A DNA stretch of 64,000 nt from Candidatus Paceibacter sp. (lineage in GTDB: Bacteria; Patescibacteriota; Minisyncoccia; UBA9983), in assembly GCA_013360865.1 (NCBI GenBank), contig JABWAS010000005.1, positions 507-64,506 of the forward strand, written 5' to 3'. Made by a program: the position numbers and the translations under genes. Each line of letters starts with the position of its first letter. The first letter of the stretch is position 1. Positions 36,823 through 46,414 of this stretch are shown here, piece by piece. Under the pieces are notes generated by a model. That model saw only the letters and a list, made by a program, of their open reading frames with translations. It did no database searches and was not told where the DNA came from.

Positions 36823-39800
36823 ATGGATAAATTTAAGACGACTAAAGTCGGTAAAGCGACTTCAGTTATCGTTGGCTTGGCCACCGCGGCCTGGTTGTCT
36901 GTTGGATCGCTTGCCGTTCCGATGACGACCTACGCTCAAACGACAGATGAGACAATTGCTCTGTTGTTGGCGCAGATCGCTAAGTTGCAAGCCGACCTTG
37001 CTGCTCTTCAGGCTGGCGCCACGACGGGAACAGCCGAGAAATGCAGTTTCACCAGATCGCTTACGGTTGGTTCGCAGGGCAGTGATGTCACCTGCTTGCA
37101 GGATTATTTGAGAAGCGGCGGATACTTTAACAGGGCGTCCACCGGCTACTTCGGTTCAATCACCAGGTCGGCCGTCGCCGCCTGGCAAGCCGCTAACGGA
37201 GTTTCTCCGGCGGCCGGATACTTCGGTCCTATTTCAAGGGCCAAGTACGACAGCCTGGTTTCTGTTGTAGTTCCTCCGGCTTCATCGGCTGGAGTCGGAG
37301 CTTCATCAGCCAGCTCGGTTGCCGTCGGCACCGGTGGCTTGACGATATCAGCGGCCACGCAGCCGTTAGTAACATTTGCGGTTGAAAGAGCCACTAGGGT
37401 TCCTTTCACCAATTTTACTTTAACCGCAGGTTCCCAGGATGTCACAATCACGGGAGTTAATGTGGAAAGAACTGGTTTAGCCGCAGACGGAGTCTTTGCG
37501 GGTATTGTTCTCTTGGATGAAAGCGGCAGTCAGCTTGGCATTGCCAAGACATTCAATTCTGAGCATAAAGCTACGATAGGAGACGCTGTTACAATCAAGG
37601 CTGGGCAATCAAAAACTTTCACAGTGGCTGGGAATATGAACACTGATGCCAGCGGATACTTGAATAGTAATAATGGTCTTACCGCTTATCTTTCCGTAAC
37701 GGGAGTGGTTACTTCCGCGACGGTCAGCGGGCTGCTTCCTATAAGCGGAGCTGGCCATTCAATCAATGGCAATCTTACAATTGGAAACGTTACCAATGAT
37801 AGGGGCTCTTTGGATCCTAACAGCAGCACTGGCGCGGTCATAACCAAGAATATTGGTACAACTAACTACACTTTCGCGGCTGTTAAATTCACCCCTGATT
37901 CAGTTGAAAAAATAAGAGTTAAATCAATCAGATGGAATCAGTCCGGTTCAGCCGGAGCTTCCGATTTGGCCAATATCAAGACTTACATTGACGGCGCGGC
38001 TTACGACACAGTTGTTTCCTCTGACGGTAAGTATTACACTTCCACTTTTGGAGACGGTATTGTCGTTGATAAAGGAGGAAACATTGAAATCTCTGTGAAA
38101 GGAGACATTGTCGGCGGTTCGGGCAGAACGATTGACTTTGACATCTATAGAAATACAGATGTCTACATGGTAGGAGAAACCAATAAATACGGTATAACTC
38201 CTCCGAATGGATCCAGCGATCCGACGGACGACAGTTCTAATTTCAGCAGCGGCAATCCTTGGTATGACGCCTCGCAGATTTCTGTCTCCGCTGGAACCAT
38301 CACTGTGACCAAAGCAACCTCGGTTGCTTCGCAGAACATTGCCGAGAACGTTCTTAATCAACCGCTGGGCGGAATTGTGGTAGAAGTCAAGGGTGAGCCG
38401 ATTTCGGCCAATAACCTGATTTTCCACTTCCAGCTTTCAAGCGGGGACGGAGACGTTGAAGACTTGACCAATATTACCTTGGTTGACGAAAACGGAACGG
38501 TCGCAGCCGGACCGGCTGACGGTTCAGGCGCTGATGTTGATTATGGCACCGTTACTTTCAGTGACACTGTTACATTCCCGGTTGGAACGAAGACCTACAC
38601 TCTGAAGGGTAAACTTGGCACCAATTTTGCCAACAATCAGACCGTAGTCGCTTCCACGACTCCTTCATCTGACTGGTCCAACGTGACCGGACAAACGACC
38701 GGCAACACCATTTCAGGAAGCTCAATCACTTCTTCAGTTATTACGGGCAACACGATGACGGTCAAGAGCGCGGTGGTTACTTTAAGCGTTTCCACCAACC
38801 CGGTGGCTCAAACGGTTGTTTCTGGAGCCCAGGGCTTCACTTTCGCCAACTATCTATTTGACGCGACCGCCTCGGGAGAAGACATCAAGTTCGGCTCTTT
38901 GCCGCTTGAGTACAACACCGGCGGAGCAACGGCGACTAACATTAACAACTGTATTTTGTACGATGGAGAAACTGCTTTGAACACCGGTTCAAACGTCGTT
39001 AATCCGACAGCCGCCGGTTCTTCTACGACTTTCACGCTTGATAGTGCCGGATTGGTTATCCCCAAGGGAACCACCAAGACAGTTGCTCTTAAGTGCAACA
39101 TTGTCGCGGGAGGCACCGGCACTTACCGATGGGGTTATGATAGCGGCTCGTCTCCTTCGGCTACGGGCGTGACTTCAGGACAGTCGGCCACTATTACGGA
39201 AAATGATTCGGCTGGTCAAGCGATGGCGCTTACCAGTGGCGGAACGCTTACCGTTGAGGAAGATTCTTCGCAGCCCAACTATGCCGCCGTTAACGCTAAC
39301 AGTAGCGTGGAAATCGGTGTTATTAAATTCACTGCGGCCAATGAAGCCATCAATCTTAGGAAACTTGGTCTTCAGTTGACCAACACTGCTTCCAGCTCTG
39401 TTTCCGATCTTACCCAACTCACTTTGTGGGATGGTTCAACCCAGGTTGGTTCGTTGGTCCTTACCGGCAGCACCGGAACGTCAACTTTGACTTCAGACTT
39501 TATCGTTCCCAAGGACGGTTCCAAGCTTATGAAGATCAAAGCTGATTTGGCCGCCGTAGGTACGGCATTGGCTGGCACGCAAGGCGCCTTCATCGCTGTT
39601 GATTACATCGGAGCCGGAAACGCTGAAGGTGTCGGACAATCCAGCGGCACGACCATTAACTCCACATCGGGCGCTACGTCGTTTGCCGGCGTGAGAATGT
39701 TCCGCTCAACTCCGATAGTCGCTCAGTTAACGGTTCCTTCTCAGACGTTGGTAACTCAAAGCGAAACGAACGTTTACAGGTTCAGTGTTAAAGCTGACCC

Positions 39801-40317
39801 GAGTACAAGTAACGGCATCGGTCTTTATAAGATCACCGTTAACGTCGCTACTTCGTCCGCTTCTGCGGTTTCCGGTACCACGACCCTTACGAACTTGAAG
39901 GTATTTGCCTACACCGATTCAGGCTTCAGTTCGCCGGTAACCGGCTTTACCAACGGTCAGGTTGTGAGCACTATCGCTGGTTTGATTAACGGAGACAACG
40001 ACGCGGTCTTGTCGTCAATTCTGCAGATACCGGCTGGTTCTACCTACTACTTCAAAGTAGTCGGAGACACCACATTGACCGCCGGCACGGGCACGTTCTC
40101 TGGTTCGGTAACGACAAAAGTTACCACCGACACGGCTCATCCGTCATTGGCCACTTATCTGGGCAATGCCGCCGGAGTTGACGCCGATGCCAGCGCGGAC
40201 GCTTTCATCTGGTCGGCTAACGCGACAACAACGTCCAACGCCAATCATCTTGACTGGTCTAACGGCCACGGAGTCTCAGGTTTGTCAGGCTTGACCTCAG
40301 TTACCATTTCCAAGTAA
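36823..40317 (+). CDS. large secreted/surface protein with N-terminal peptidoglycan-binding (PG_binding_1-like) domain and ~1000 aa Ser/Thr/Gly-rich beta-rich region
   Basis: Signal peptide; SFTRSLTVGSQGSDVTCLQDYLRSGGY...ITRSAVAAWQAANGV resembles PG-binding domain 1; long low-complexity T/S/G/V repeats. The tracked ORF starts at 36730; start here chosen at internal Met. Confidence 0.6.
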   Translation: MDKFKTTKVGKATSVIVGLATAAWLSVGSLAVPMTTYAQTTDETIALLLAQIAKLQADLAALQAGATTGTAEKCSFTRSLTVGSQGSDVTCLQDYLRSGGYFNRASTGYFGSITRSAVAAWQAANGVSPAAGYFGPISRAKYDSLVSVVVPPASSAGVGASSASSVAVGTGGLTISAATQPLVTFAVERATRVPFTNFTLTAGSQDVTITGVNVERTGLAADGVFAGIVLLDESGSQLGIAKTFNSEHKATIGDAVTIKAGQSKTFTVAGNMNTDASGYLNSNNGLTAYLSVTGVVTSATVSGLLPISGAGHSINGNLTIGNVTNDRGSLDPNSSTGAVITKNIGTTNYTFAAVKFTPDSVEKIRVKSIRWNQSGSAGASDLANIKTYIDGAAYDTVVSSDGKYYTSTFGDGIVVDKGGNIEISVKGDIVGGSGRTIDFDIYRNTDVYMVGETNKYGITPPNGSSDPTDDSSNFSSGNPWYDASQISVSAGTITVTKATSVASQNIAENVLNQPLGGIVVEVKGEPISANNLIFHFQLSSGDGDVEDLTNITLVDENGTVAAGPADGSGADVDYGTVTFSDTVTFPVGTKTYTLKGKLGTNFANNQTVVASTTPSSDWSNVTGQTTGNTISGSSITSSVITGNTMTVKSAVVTLSVSTNPVAQTVVSGAQGFTFANYLFDATASGEDIKFGSLPLEYNTGGATATNINNCILYDGETALNTGSNVVNPTAAGSSTTFTLDSAGLVIPKGTTKTVALKCNIVAGGTGTYRWGYDSGSSPSATGVTSGQSATITENDSAGQAMALTSGGTLTVEEDSSQPNYAAVNANSSVEIGVIKFTAANEAINLRKLGLQLTNTASSSVSDLTQLTLWDGSTQVGSLVLTGSTGTSTLTSDFIVPKDGSKLMKIKADLAAVGTALAGTQGAFIAVDYIGAGNAEGVGQSSGTTINSTSGATSFAGVRMFRSTPIVAQLTVPSQTLVTQSETNVYRFSVKADPSTSNGIGLYKITVNVATSSASAVSGTTTLTNLKVFAYTDSGFSSPVTGFTNGQVVSTIAGLINGDNDAVLSSILQIPAGSTYYFKVVGDTTLTAGTGTFSGSVTTKVTTDTAHPSLATYLGNAAGVDADASADAFIWSANATTTSNANHLDWSNGHGVSGLSGLTSVTISK

Positions 40318-40406
40318 TCTAGTTTCCTTGTGACTAGTCCAAACCCCCCCGAAAAATCGGGGGGTTTTGTGTTGCATAAAAAACTTATAATTGTTAAAAT
40401 TTTTCT

Positions 40407-41000
40407 ATGAAAAAAATAGTTTTAGCGATCCTTTCTTTACTGGTTTTATTTGCCGGATATGTTTTTTATAAAAACAATTTTAAGACGCACTTGTCGTTTG
40501 AGTCATTCGGCTTAGCAAAAAAAATAACACCAGCGCCCGAGTTGGGCAGGCCGTTAAAAATAAACGTCGTTTTGGAAGAAAATGTGGAAAAATTATTGGT
40601 TGAAAAAATACACGAAGTGGAATCAAACTTAAAATCAAACGACAAATCCATTGACGACTGGCTTGCTCTGGGAATTTACAGAAAAATGGCGGGCGACTAC
40701 GAGGGCGCGAGGGAAATATGGGAATATGCGAGTTTTATAAGCCCGGGCAATATCACGTCTTTTAATAATCTAGGTGAACTTTACGCTTATTATCTTAAAA
40801 ATAATAAAAAAGCGGAGGAAAATTACAAACAAGCCGTAAAAAATGGACCCGCCTCCATTTACATTTACAGAAATTTCCACTTCTTTTACAAAGATGTGTT
40901 AAAAAATAACACTAAAGCCAAGGCTGTCTTGGAACAGGGCATCGCCGCCAACCCGGGCGAAGCCTCCCTTGACCTCCAAAACCTCCTCAAAAACTACTAA
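40407..41000 (+). CDS. TPR-repeat protein with N-terminal TM anchor
   Basis: 197 aa; repeated Ala/Tyr/Gly TPR-like helices (WLALGIYRKMAGDYEGAREIWEYA...). Confidence 0.55.
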   Translation: MKKIVLAILSLLVLFAGYVFYKNNFKTHLSFESFGLAKKITPAPELGRPLKINVVLEENVEKLLVEKIHEVESNLKSNDKSIDDWLALGIYRKMAGDYEGAREIWEYASFISPGNITSFNNLGELYAYYLKNNKKAEENYKQAVKNGPASIYIYRNFHFFYKDVLKNNTKAKAVLEQGIAANPGEASLDLQNLLKNY

Positions 41001-41012
41001 ACTAAAGGGTGT

Positions 41013-41049
41013 GCCGCCATTATCAAGGTCGGACCTTGATAATGGCGGC
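41013..41049 (+). repeat. REP-like perfect palindrome, family 1, copy 1 (18-bp stem)
   Basis: GCCGCCATTATCAAGGTC-G-GACCTTGATAATGGCGGC; core ATCAAGGTCGGACCTTGAT recurs at 41233-41253 and 41745-41765. Confidence 0.85.
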
Positions 41050-41071
41050 AAAGGGTTTAAAATAATAGGTA

Positions 41072-41761
41072 ATGCAAAGAAGATCAGCTTTTTCCGTTGG
41101 TGAGTATTACCATATCTATAATCGCGGCACAGACAAAAGAGAAATTTTTCTGGATAAGCCCGATTATTTAAGGTTTATTGTTCTGCTCTATATTTCTAAT
41201 AACGTTGACGCTGTGCACGTCAGCAATCTTAAATATCAAGGTCGGACCTTGATGGGAATTTTAAATATAGATAAAAAAGACTCTCTTGTTGATATTGGCG
41301 CCTATTGCCTCATGCCAAACCATTTTCATATTCTTATTAAAGAAAAAATAGATAATGGAATTAGCCAGTTTATCAGAAAGTTATCTACCGGTTACTCAAT
41401 GTATTTTAACAAAAGGTATGAAAGAACGGGGAACTTGTTTCAGGGTAAATTTAAATCTATGCATGTTGATAATGACCAGTATCTTAAGTATCTATTTGCT
41501 TATATACACCTTAACCCAATTAAAATAATTGAACCTGGGTGGAAAGAGTTAGGAATTAGAGAAAAAGACAAGGCAGAATCATTTTTAAAAGATTATGAAT
41601 TTTCAAGCTATATGGATTATGACGGCAACGGCACGGAAAGGGTAGAAGCTAAAATAGTAAAAAAAGAATCTTTTCCCGAATATTTTTTAACGGCAAAAGA
41701 TTTTAATGACATGATAAAAGATTGGTTGTATTATAAAGATACTATCAAGGTCGGACCTTGA
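41072..41761 (+). mobile_element. IS200/IS605-family Y1 (HUH) transposase, REP-associated tyrosine transposase (RAYT)-like
   Basis: HUH motif CLMPNHFHILIKE and downstream catalytic Tyr region (YSMYFNKRYERTGNLFQGKF). The gene is flanked by, and internally contains, the family-1 palindrome. Confidence 0.7.
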
Positions 41762-41765
41762 TAAG
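41745..41765 (+). repeat. REP-like palindrome, family 1, copy 3, overlapping the RAYT stop codon
   Basis: TATCAAGGTCGGACCTTGATA; codes the C-terminal IKVGP-stop. Confidence 0.8.
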
Positions 41766-41807
41766 GCTTGATGAAGAAATTGAGGGTGTTATAATAAAAG
41801 TGATTTT

Positions 41808-42287
41808 ATGAGGTTTTTGAAGGCTAATTACAGGTATTTTTTTATTATTGTCGGGTTTTTGGTGTTTGGTTTTTATGTAACGGCGTTTATTTGGCCGGAG
41901 TATCGCGATTGGAAGTTTTGGCGGGACATACGGCGTGAGGCGGCCAAGTTTGAAAAAATAAGGGAGGACAGGGAAAAAGCGATAGCGGCCGACGCTTACG
42001 GCGGCAAAACACCGCAGGAAACGCTGGATATGTTTATCGCGGCGGTAGAAAAAGGCGACTACGAACTGGCCAGCAAGTATTTTGTGGTGGAAAGGCAGGA
42101 GGAACAACTGAAAGAAATGAAGGAATATGAAAAAGACAATGTTGATTTTCTGCTAGGGGTTATTAAACAATCACGAAAATCACAAGGATATTATTCATCA
42201 GACAAAAAGGTTTTTACGGTTGAAAAACCAGTTTATATTGACTTTACTCTTTATCCAAATAATAACTGGAAGATAAATGAAATCTAG
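41808..42287 (+). CDS. hypothetical membrane-anchored protein
   Basis: 159 aa; N-terminal TM helix; no motif. Confidence 0.4.
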   Translation: MRFLKANYRYFFIIVGFLVFGFYVTAFIWPEYRDWKFWRDIRREAAKFEKIREDREKAIAADAYGGKTPQETLDMFIAAVEKGDYELASKYFVVERQEEQLKEMKEYEKDNVDFLLGVIKQSRKSQGYYSSDKKVFTVEKPVYIDFTLYPNNNWKINEI

Positions 42288-43404
42288 TTTTTTCAAAATT
42301 TCTCTAATCCCGCTGGCTCTGGCGGGATTATTTTTAAACCAAAACGCCTTCGCCTTTGACGACCTGACCACTCATCCAGCGCTGACCGACGAAGTGATTG
42401 ATTTTTACAATTTATTCGCCGGGGAGAAAATAAACAACGAAGATAAGGAAACTATAATCCAAGGCGCCCAAGACGAAGACATCCCGCCGAGGTGGATAAA
42501 CCACTTTTACGACCCTGTGCGCAATCTTGGCTGGTCGGGCCGGAACACAGGTGTCTGGCCGCAAATGCTGGTCCATTATTTTTCCGGCACCGTGCTATCC
42601 AGCGAGTATCCAGTTTCCTCGCTGAACTGGCTGCACAATCAGGAGTTGCAATCAAAGTATTCTCGCTACAAAGGCAACCGCACCTGGGAAAAAGCGCTGT
42701 ATGAATACGCCAAAGGCAATAAAAAGGAAGCTTATTACACTTTGGGCTATATTTTGCACCTGATAGAAGACGCTTCGGTGCCCGACCATACCCGCGACGA
42801 CCCGCACGCCCACGAGATGAGATACGCTACCGGCGATTATGGCAGCCCACTGGAAGAATACGCCAAAAACTTCAACCGCGACAACTTAAACATCGCCAGT
42901 GAGTTAAAAGAGAAAAATTTTAAACCGGCGGAATTTGATTCGGTAGATAAATATTTGACGGCCTTGGCCGAATATTCCAATGGCCGCTTCTTCAGCAAAG
43001 ACACCATCAACGACCCGCTTTATGCTAACCCGAAAATTGTCAGGGAGGATGATAATTTTGGCTATGGTTTGGATAAAAACGGAGAAGAGTTTGAATTGGT
43101 AAAGTTAAGATATGACTTGGATGTAAAAAATAAAGTTATCTTGAAGGAATATTTTTTGCCAACAACTGATATAAATATAAACAACGAAGTACTCAATCAA
43201 TACTTCTCCCGCCTTTCGCGCGAGGCGGTTATTCACGGGGCGGGGGTTATAGAACTGTTTTTCCGCGAAGCCAAGGCCATCAAAAGCGGCCAAAGGCCGG
43301 CGCCGGAAATATTCCGGGAAATGCCTCCGGATCCGGCCAAAGCTCTGATGTTATTTTACATAAATCCGGTGCTGGGCATTATGGCTTACCGGAGAATTCT
43401 TTAA
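42277..43404 (+). CDS. secreted zinc-dependent phospholipase C / S1-P1 nuclease-like family protein
   Basis: Signal peptide; HLIEDASVPDHTRDDPHAHE His/Asp cluster characteristic of the PLC-Zn/S1-P1 fold. Confidence 0.5.
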   Translation: MKSSFFKISLIPLALAGLFLNQNAFAFDDLTTHPALTDEVIDFYNLFAGEKINNEDKETIIQGAQDEDIPPRWINHFYDPVRNLGWSGRNTGVWPQMLVHYFSGTVLSSEYPVSSLNWLHNQELQSKYSRYKGNRTWEKALYEYAKGNKKEAYYTLGYILHLIEDASVPDHTRDDPHAHEMRYATGDYGSPLEEYAKNFNRDNLNIASELKEKNFKPAEFDSVDKYLTALAEYSNGRFFSKDTINDPLYANPKIVREDDNFGYGLDKNGEEFELVKLRYDLDVKNKVILKEYFLPTTDININNEVLNQYFSRLSREAVIHGAGVIELFFREAKAIKSGQRPAPEIFREMPPDPAKALMLFYINPVLGIMAYRRIL

Positions 43405-43513
43405 GGTCGTTTCTCTCACAAACTCAACCAAAGAAATCATCCAAAACTTTATTCCCGTCGTCGCGAAAGGGATAAAGGAACTATTCACGCAAGATCAACC
43501 GCCGGAACTGCTT

Positions 43514-45598
43514 TTGGCCGGAGCCGCTGGCGCTACACCAAGCGCGGAAAATGTTGAACATCCGGAACCCGGCATTTTCGGCATTACTAATATTGCCGAA
43601 AATACTGATTCTTCAGTAGATGAATCATCAGATCAAGACAACATAATCTACATCCAAAATTCGCTGGAAGAGATGCGGCGGCAGATTGAAGAATTGGCAA
43701 AAAATCAAAATAATTTACCCGAGCCGCGCTTATCTTTGGCGCCGGAAGCGTCTGTTCCTGTGCCATTGGCGGAGGAAAACAAAACAGCGACGGCTGAAAA
43801 CCGGCCAAAAATTTTTCTTGTAAGCCTGGTTTATCCCGGCTTTGGCGGGGGAGGGGGAGCCCCGACGCCGGAGTCGGGGCAGGGTGGAAGCGCGCCGCAA
43901 TCGCAGACGGAACAGACACAAGAGGAGCAAGCGCCAGAAGACCTTAATCTCGTCGGTGAACCGGAAAATGAACCGGAAGCGGGAGACGAGGAGCAGGAGT
44001 CAGCCGCGTTTTTGCCACCGAACCTTAGCGCGCCGCAATGCGCGGATTCGCTGGCAACGGACGGTTGTCTTTTAGCCACCACGACCGTAAATTTCGTCTG
44101 GCCGGCCGTCTCGGGAGCGTCATATTACGGCATAAATAAAAACGGCGATTACGCCACGACAACGGAGCTGTCTTTTGCCACCATTGTTCCTGATTTTTCC
44201 GATTATAATTTTTCCATTTCAGCCATTGCCATTAATAACGGGGTTGCCACCACTAGTGCCACCAGCACCCAAACGGTTTCCGTCGCCACCATTCCCATCG
44301 CTATCAACGAAGTTGCCTGGATGGGCACCGGCGCTTCCGTCCATGACGAATGGCTGGAGCTCAAGAATAACACCGCGCGTACTTTGGACCTATCGCGGTG
44401 GGCGATAGAGTCAAAAGACGGCGCGCCTTACATCGCCCTTTCTGGCCAAATGGCGCCGAGAGAATATCGCGTTCTCCAGCGCCGAGAAAACGCCCTCGTT
44501 ATCAACGCCCCCATAGAAACTTACGGCAACGGCTCGCCCCAATGGGCGCTCGGCAACAACGGCGAAGAGCTTGTCCTGTACTTCGCCTCCACCACTTTGG
44601 ACAAAACACCAGCTATAACTGGCGGCAAATGGGTTGCTGGAGATAATTCCAACGCCTCCGGCAGAAAATCAATGGAAAGAATTGACTCCCGCCAGTCTGG
44701 CGCGACTTCTACCAACTGGGCGACGTGGGGAACAAATGTTGATTTTATAAAAAACGGAACCGACAGCGACGGCAACCCGATTCTCGGCACGCCCGGAGAA
44801 TGTAACTCGGCCAGCTACGCCAGCGTCAACAATGGCGAAGAAATTGAAGACAACCTCACTTTGGCCGCGAATGGTTGTTACTATGCTTCTTTTGGAGAAA
44901 TGGTTGTCGCCTCAAGCACGCTGACAATTGAAGCCGGTGCCAGAATAAACCTGACCGAAAGCGACCTGGAGGTGGAAGGAGTTTTAAAAGTGCAGGGTGA
45001 GAAAGGCAATCCGGTTGTCTTTAGCACTTTTTCCGGAGAACAAACCTGGAACGGCATCCAGATTTACGGCGGCGCCGGAACAAGCACGATAAACCATACC
45101 ATAATTAAAAATATCAGTGGAGTTGTTCTTGACGAAGGGGCAACCGCTGAAATCACCAACTCGGAATTTATAAACAACAGAACGGGCGTGGAATTGTATG
45201 ACGAAAGCAGCGTCGTCATTGAAAACATAAATTTTGCCAGCACGACTAACGAGGCGGTAGCGGCCTACGACGGCAGCAACGCGACCGCCGCTTCTTCAAC
45301 GATTATCAATTCCATCAATAATGGCGCGATTAGCGTTTACGAATCCAGCCTTTCAATTTCTTCAACAACTATAGACACGGTGTACAACGGCGACGGCATC
45401 GGCGTTTACGATTCTGTCGTGTCCATCGCCAATACAGCGGTAAGTAATGTTTTGTCCGGTGATGGCATCGCCCTGTACGATTCCGAAGCCGCGCTAGAAA
45501 ATGTAAAAGTGGCAAACGTTTCCGGCGAAGGTGTTGCCGTTTACGACAGCAACGTCTCCGGCATCGCGACGGTGGACGGAGAAGAGGTTGAATTTTAA
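43514..45598 (+). CDS. secreted lamin-tail-domain plus parallel beta-helix repeat protein
   Basis: INEVAWMGTGASVHDEWLELKNNTARTLDLSRWAIESKDG resembles a lamin-tail domain (LTD). C-terminal NxxGxxxxDxS-type right-handed beta-helix repeats. Pro/Glu-rich linker. Confidence 0.55.
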   Translation: MAGAAGATPSAENVEHPEPGIFGITNIAENTDSSVDESSDQDNIIYIQNSLEEMRRQIEELAKNQNNLPEPRLSLAPEASVPVPLAEENKTATAENRPKIFLVSLVYPGFGGGGGAPTPESGQGGSAPQSQTEQTQEEQAPEDLNLVGEPENEPEAGDEEQESAAFLPPNLSAPQCADSLATDGCLLATTTVNFVWPAVSGASYYGINKNGDYATTTELSFATIVPDFSDYNFSISAIAINNGVATTSATSTQTVSVATIPIAINEVAWMGTGASVHDEWLELKNNTARTLDLSRWAIESKDGAPYIALSGQMAPREYRVLQRRENALVINAPIETYGNGSPQWALGNNGEELVLYFASTTLDKTPAITGGKWVAGDNSNASGRKSMERIDSRQSGATSTNWATWGTNVDFIKNGTDSDGNPILGTPGECNSASYASVNNGEEIEDNLTLAANGCYYASFGEMVVASSTLTIEAGARINLTESDLEVEGVLKVQGEKGNPVVFSTFSGEQTWNGIQIYGGAGTSTINHTIIKNISGVVLDEGATAEITNSEFINNRTGVELYDESSVVIENINFASTTNEAVAAYDGSNATAASSTIINSINNGAISVYESSLSISSTTIDTVYNGDGIGVYDSVVSIANTAVSNVLSGDGIALYDSEAALENVKVANVSGEGVAVYDSNVSGIATVDGEEVEF

Positions 45599-45603
45599 CA
45601 GAG

Positions 45604-45631
45604 TTGACAGTTTTCCCCCAAATGCTACACT
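45604..45631 (+). promoter_or_regulatory. sigma70-like promoter (TTGACA-16-TACACT) ahead of the ~200-nt rplJ leader
   Basis: Consensus -35 with a good -10. GC-rich structured leader 45640-45830 where the L10-L12 autoregulatory leader is expected. Confidence 0.45.
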
Positions 45632-45830
45632 GGCAACAATCAAATACAGTCAGTCGCAGAAAGCGGGCGGCGAGCCGGAAGGCCAGCCTTAATTTCCCGC
45701 CGAGACTTATCAAACATTCATTTTCTGCGGCTTTTAGGCCGTTTTTTTAATTAAAAATTAAAGAGCGAAGCGATTATAATTTTCTTAATCCGCCTCTGGC
45801 GGAACACAATTAATAGGTAAAGTTAATTTT

Positions 45831-46382
45831 ATGGCTATTACAAAACAGCAAAAAAGCGAAGCGATAAACAGCCTTAAAAAGGACATCAAAGATTCCAATA
45901 TTGTGATGTTCGTCAACTTCCACGGCCTGAACGTCAAACTGGCCAGCGAGTTGAGAAAGAGTTTGAGGAAAATCGGCGCGGGCTACACTGTCGCCAAAAA
46001 AACTTTGGTGAAAAAAGCTCTGGAGTCGCTCGGTTACGAAGGCGAACTCCCGAATCTGGAAGGGGAGGTGGCGATGGCTTATGGCAGTACCGACCCGCTC
46101 GCTTCCGCCAAAGAGGTGCATCAGTTCGCGAAGAAGAACAAATTTTTGAAGATTCTGGGAGGAATTTTTGAAAGCAAGTACGTGGGGGCCGAGAGAATCG
46201 TGGCGTTGGCCAGCATACCGTCAAGAGAAGTACTGCTCGCCCAGTTCGTCCAGATTATCAATTCGCCGAGGAAAGGAGTGGTCGTGGCCTTGTCGGAAAT
46301 AGCCAAAAAGAAGGGCGCGGCCATGCCCGCCGGACAGACGGGCGAGCCCGCCGCGGAGGCGGTAGCGGAAGTAAAAGCGTAA
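45831..46382 (+). CDS. rplJ: 50S ribosomal protein L10
   Basis: MAITKQQKSEAINSLKKDIKDSNIVMFVNFHGLNV typical L10; 183 aa. Confidence 0.9.
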   Translation: MAITKQQKSEAINSLKKDIKDSNIVMFVNFHGLNVKLASELRKSLRKIGAGYTVAKKTLVKKALESLGYEGELPNLEGEVAMAYGSTDPLASAKEVHQFAKKNKFLKILGGIFESKYVGAERIVALASIPSREVLLAQFVQIINSPRKGVVVALSEIAKKKGAAMPAGQTGEPAAEAVAEVKA

Positions 46383-46414
46383 ATTATCAATTAATTATTA
46401 ATTAAAACAAACAT

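Noticed and set aside
36823-40317. Repetitive T/S/G-rich DNA of the surface-protein gene as a possible CRISPR or tandem-repeat array
   Set aside because: The repeats are imperfect and in frame within one long ORF; no direct-repeat/spacer periodicity. No CRISPR array found anywhere in the window.
43587-45713. Arg-rich ORFs overlapping the LTD/beta-helix gene on both strands
   Set aside because: Alternative-frame artefacts of a GC-rich gene; no start context or motifs.
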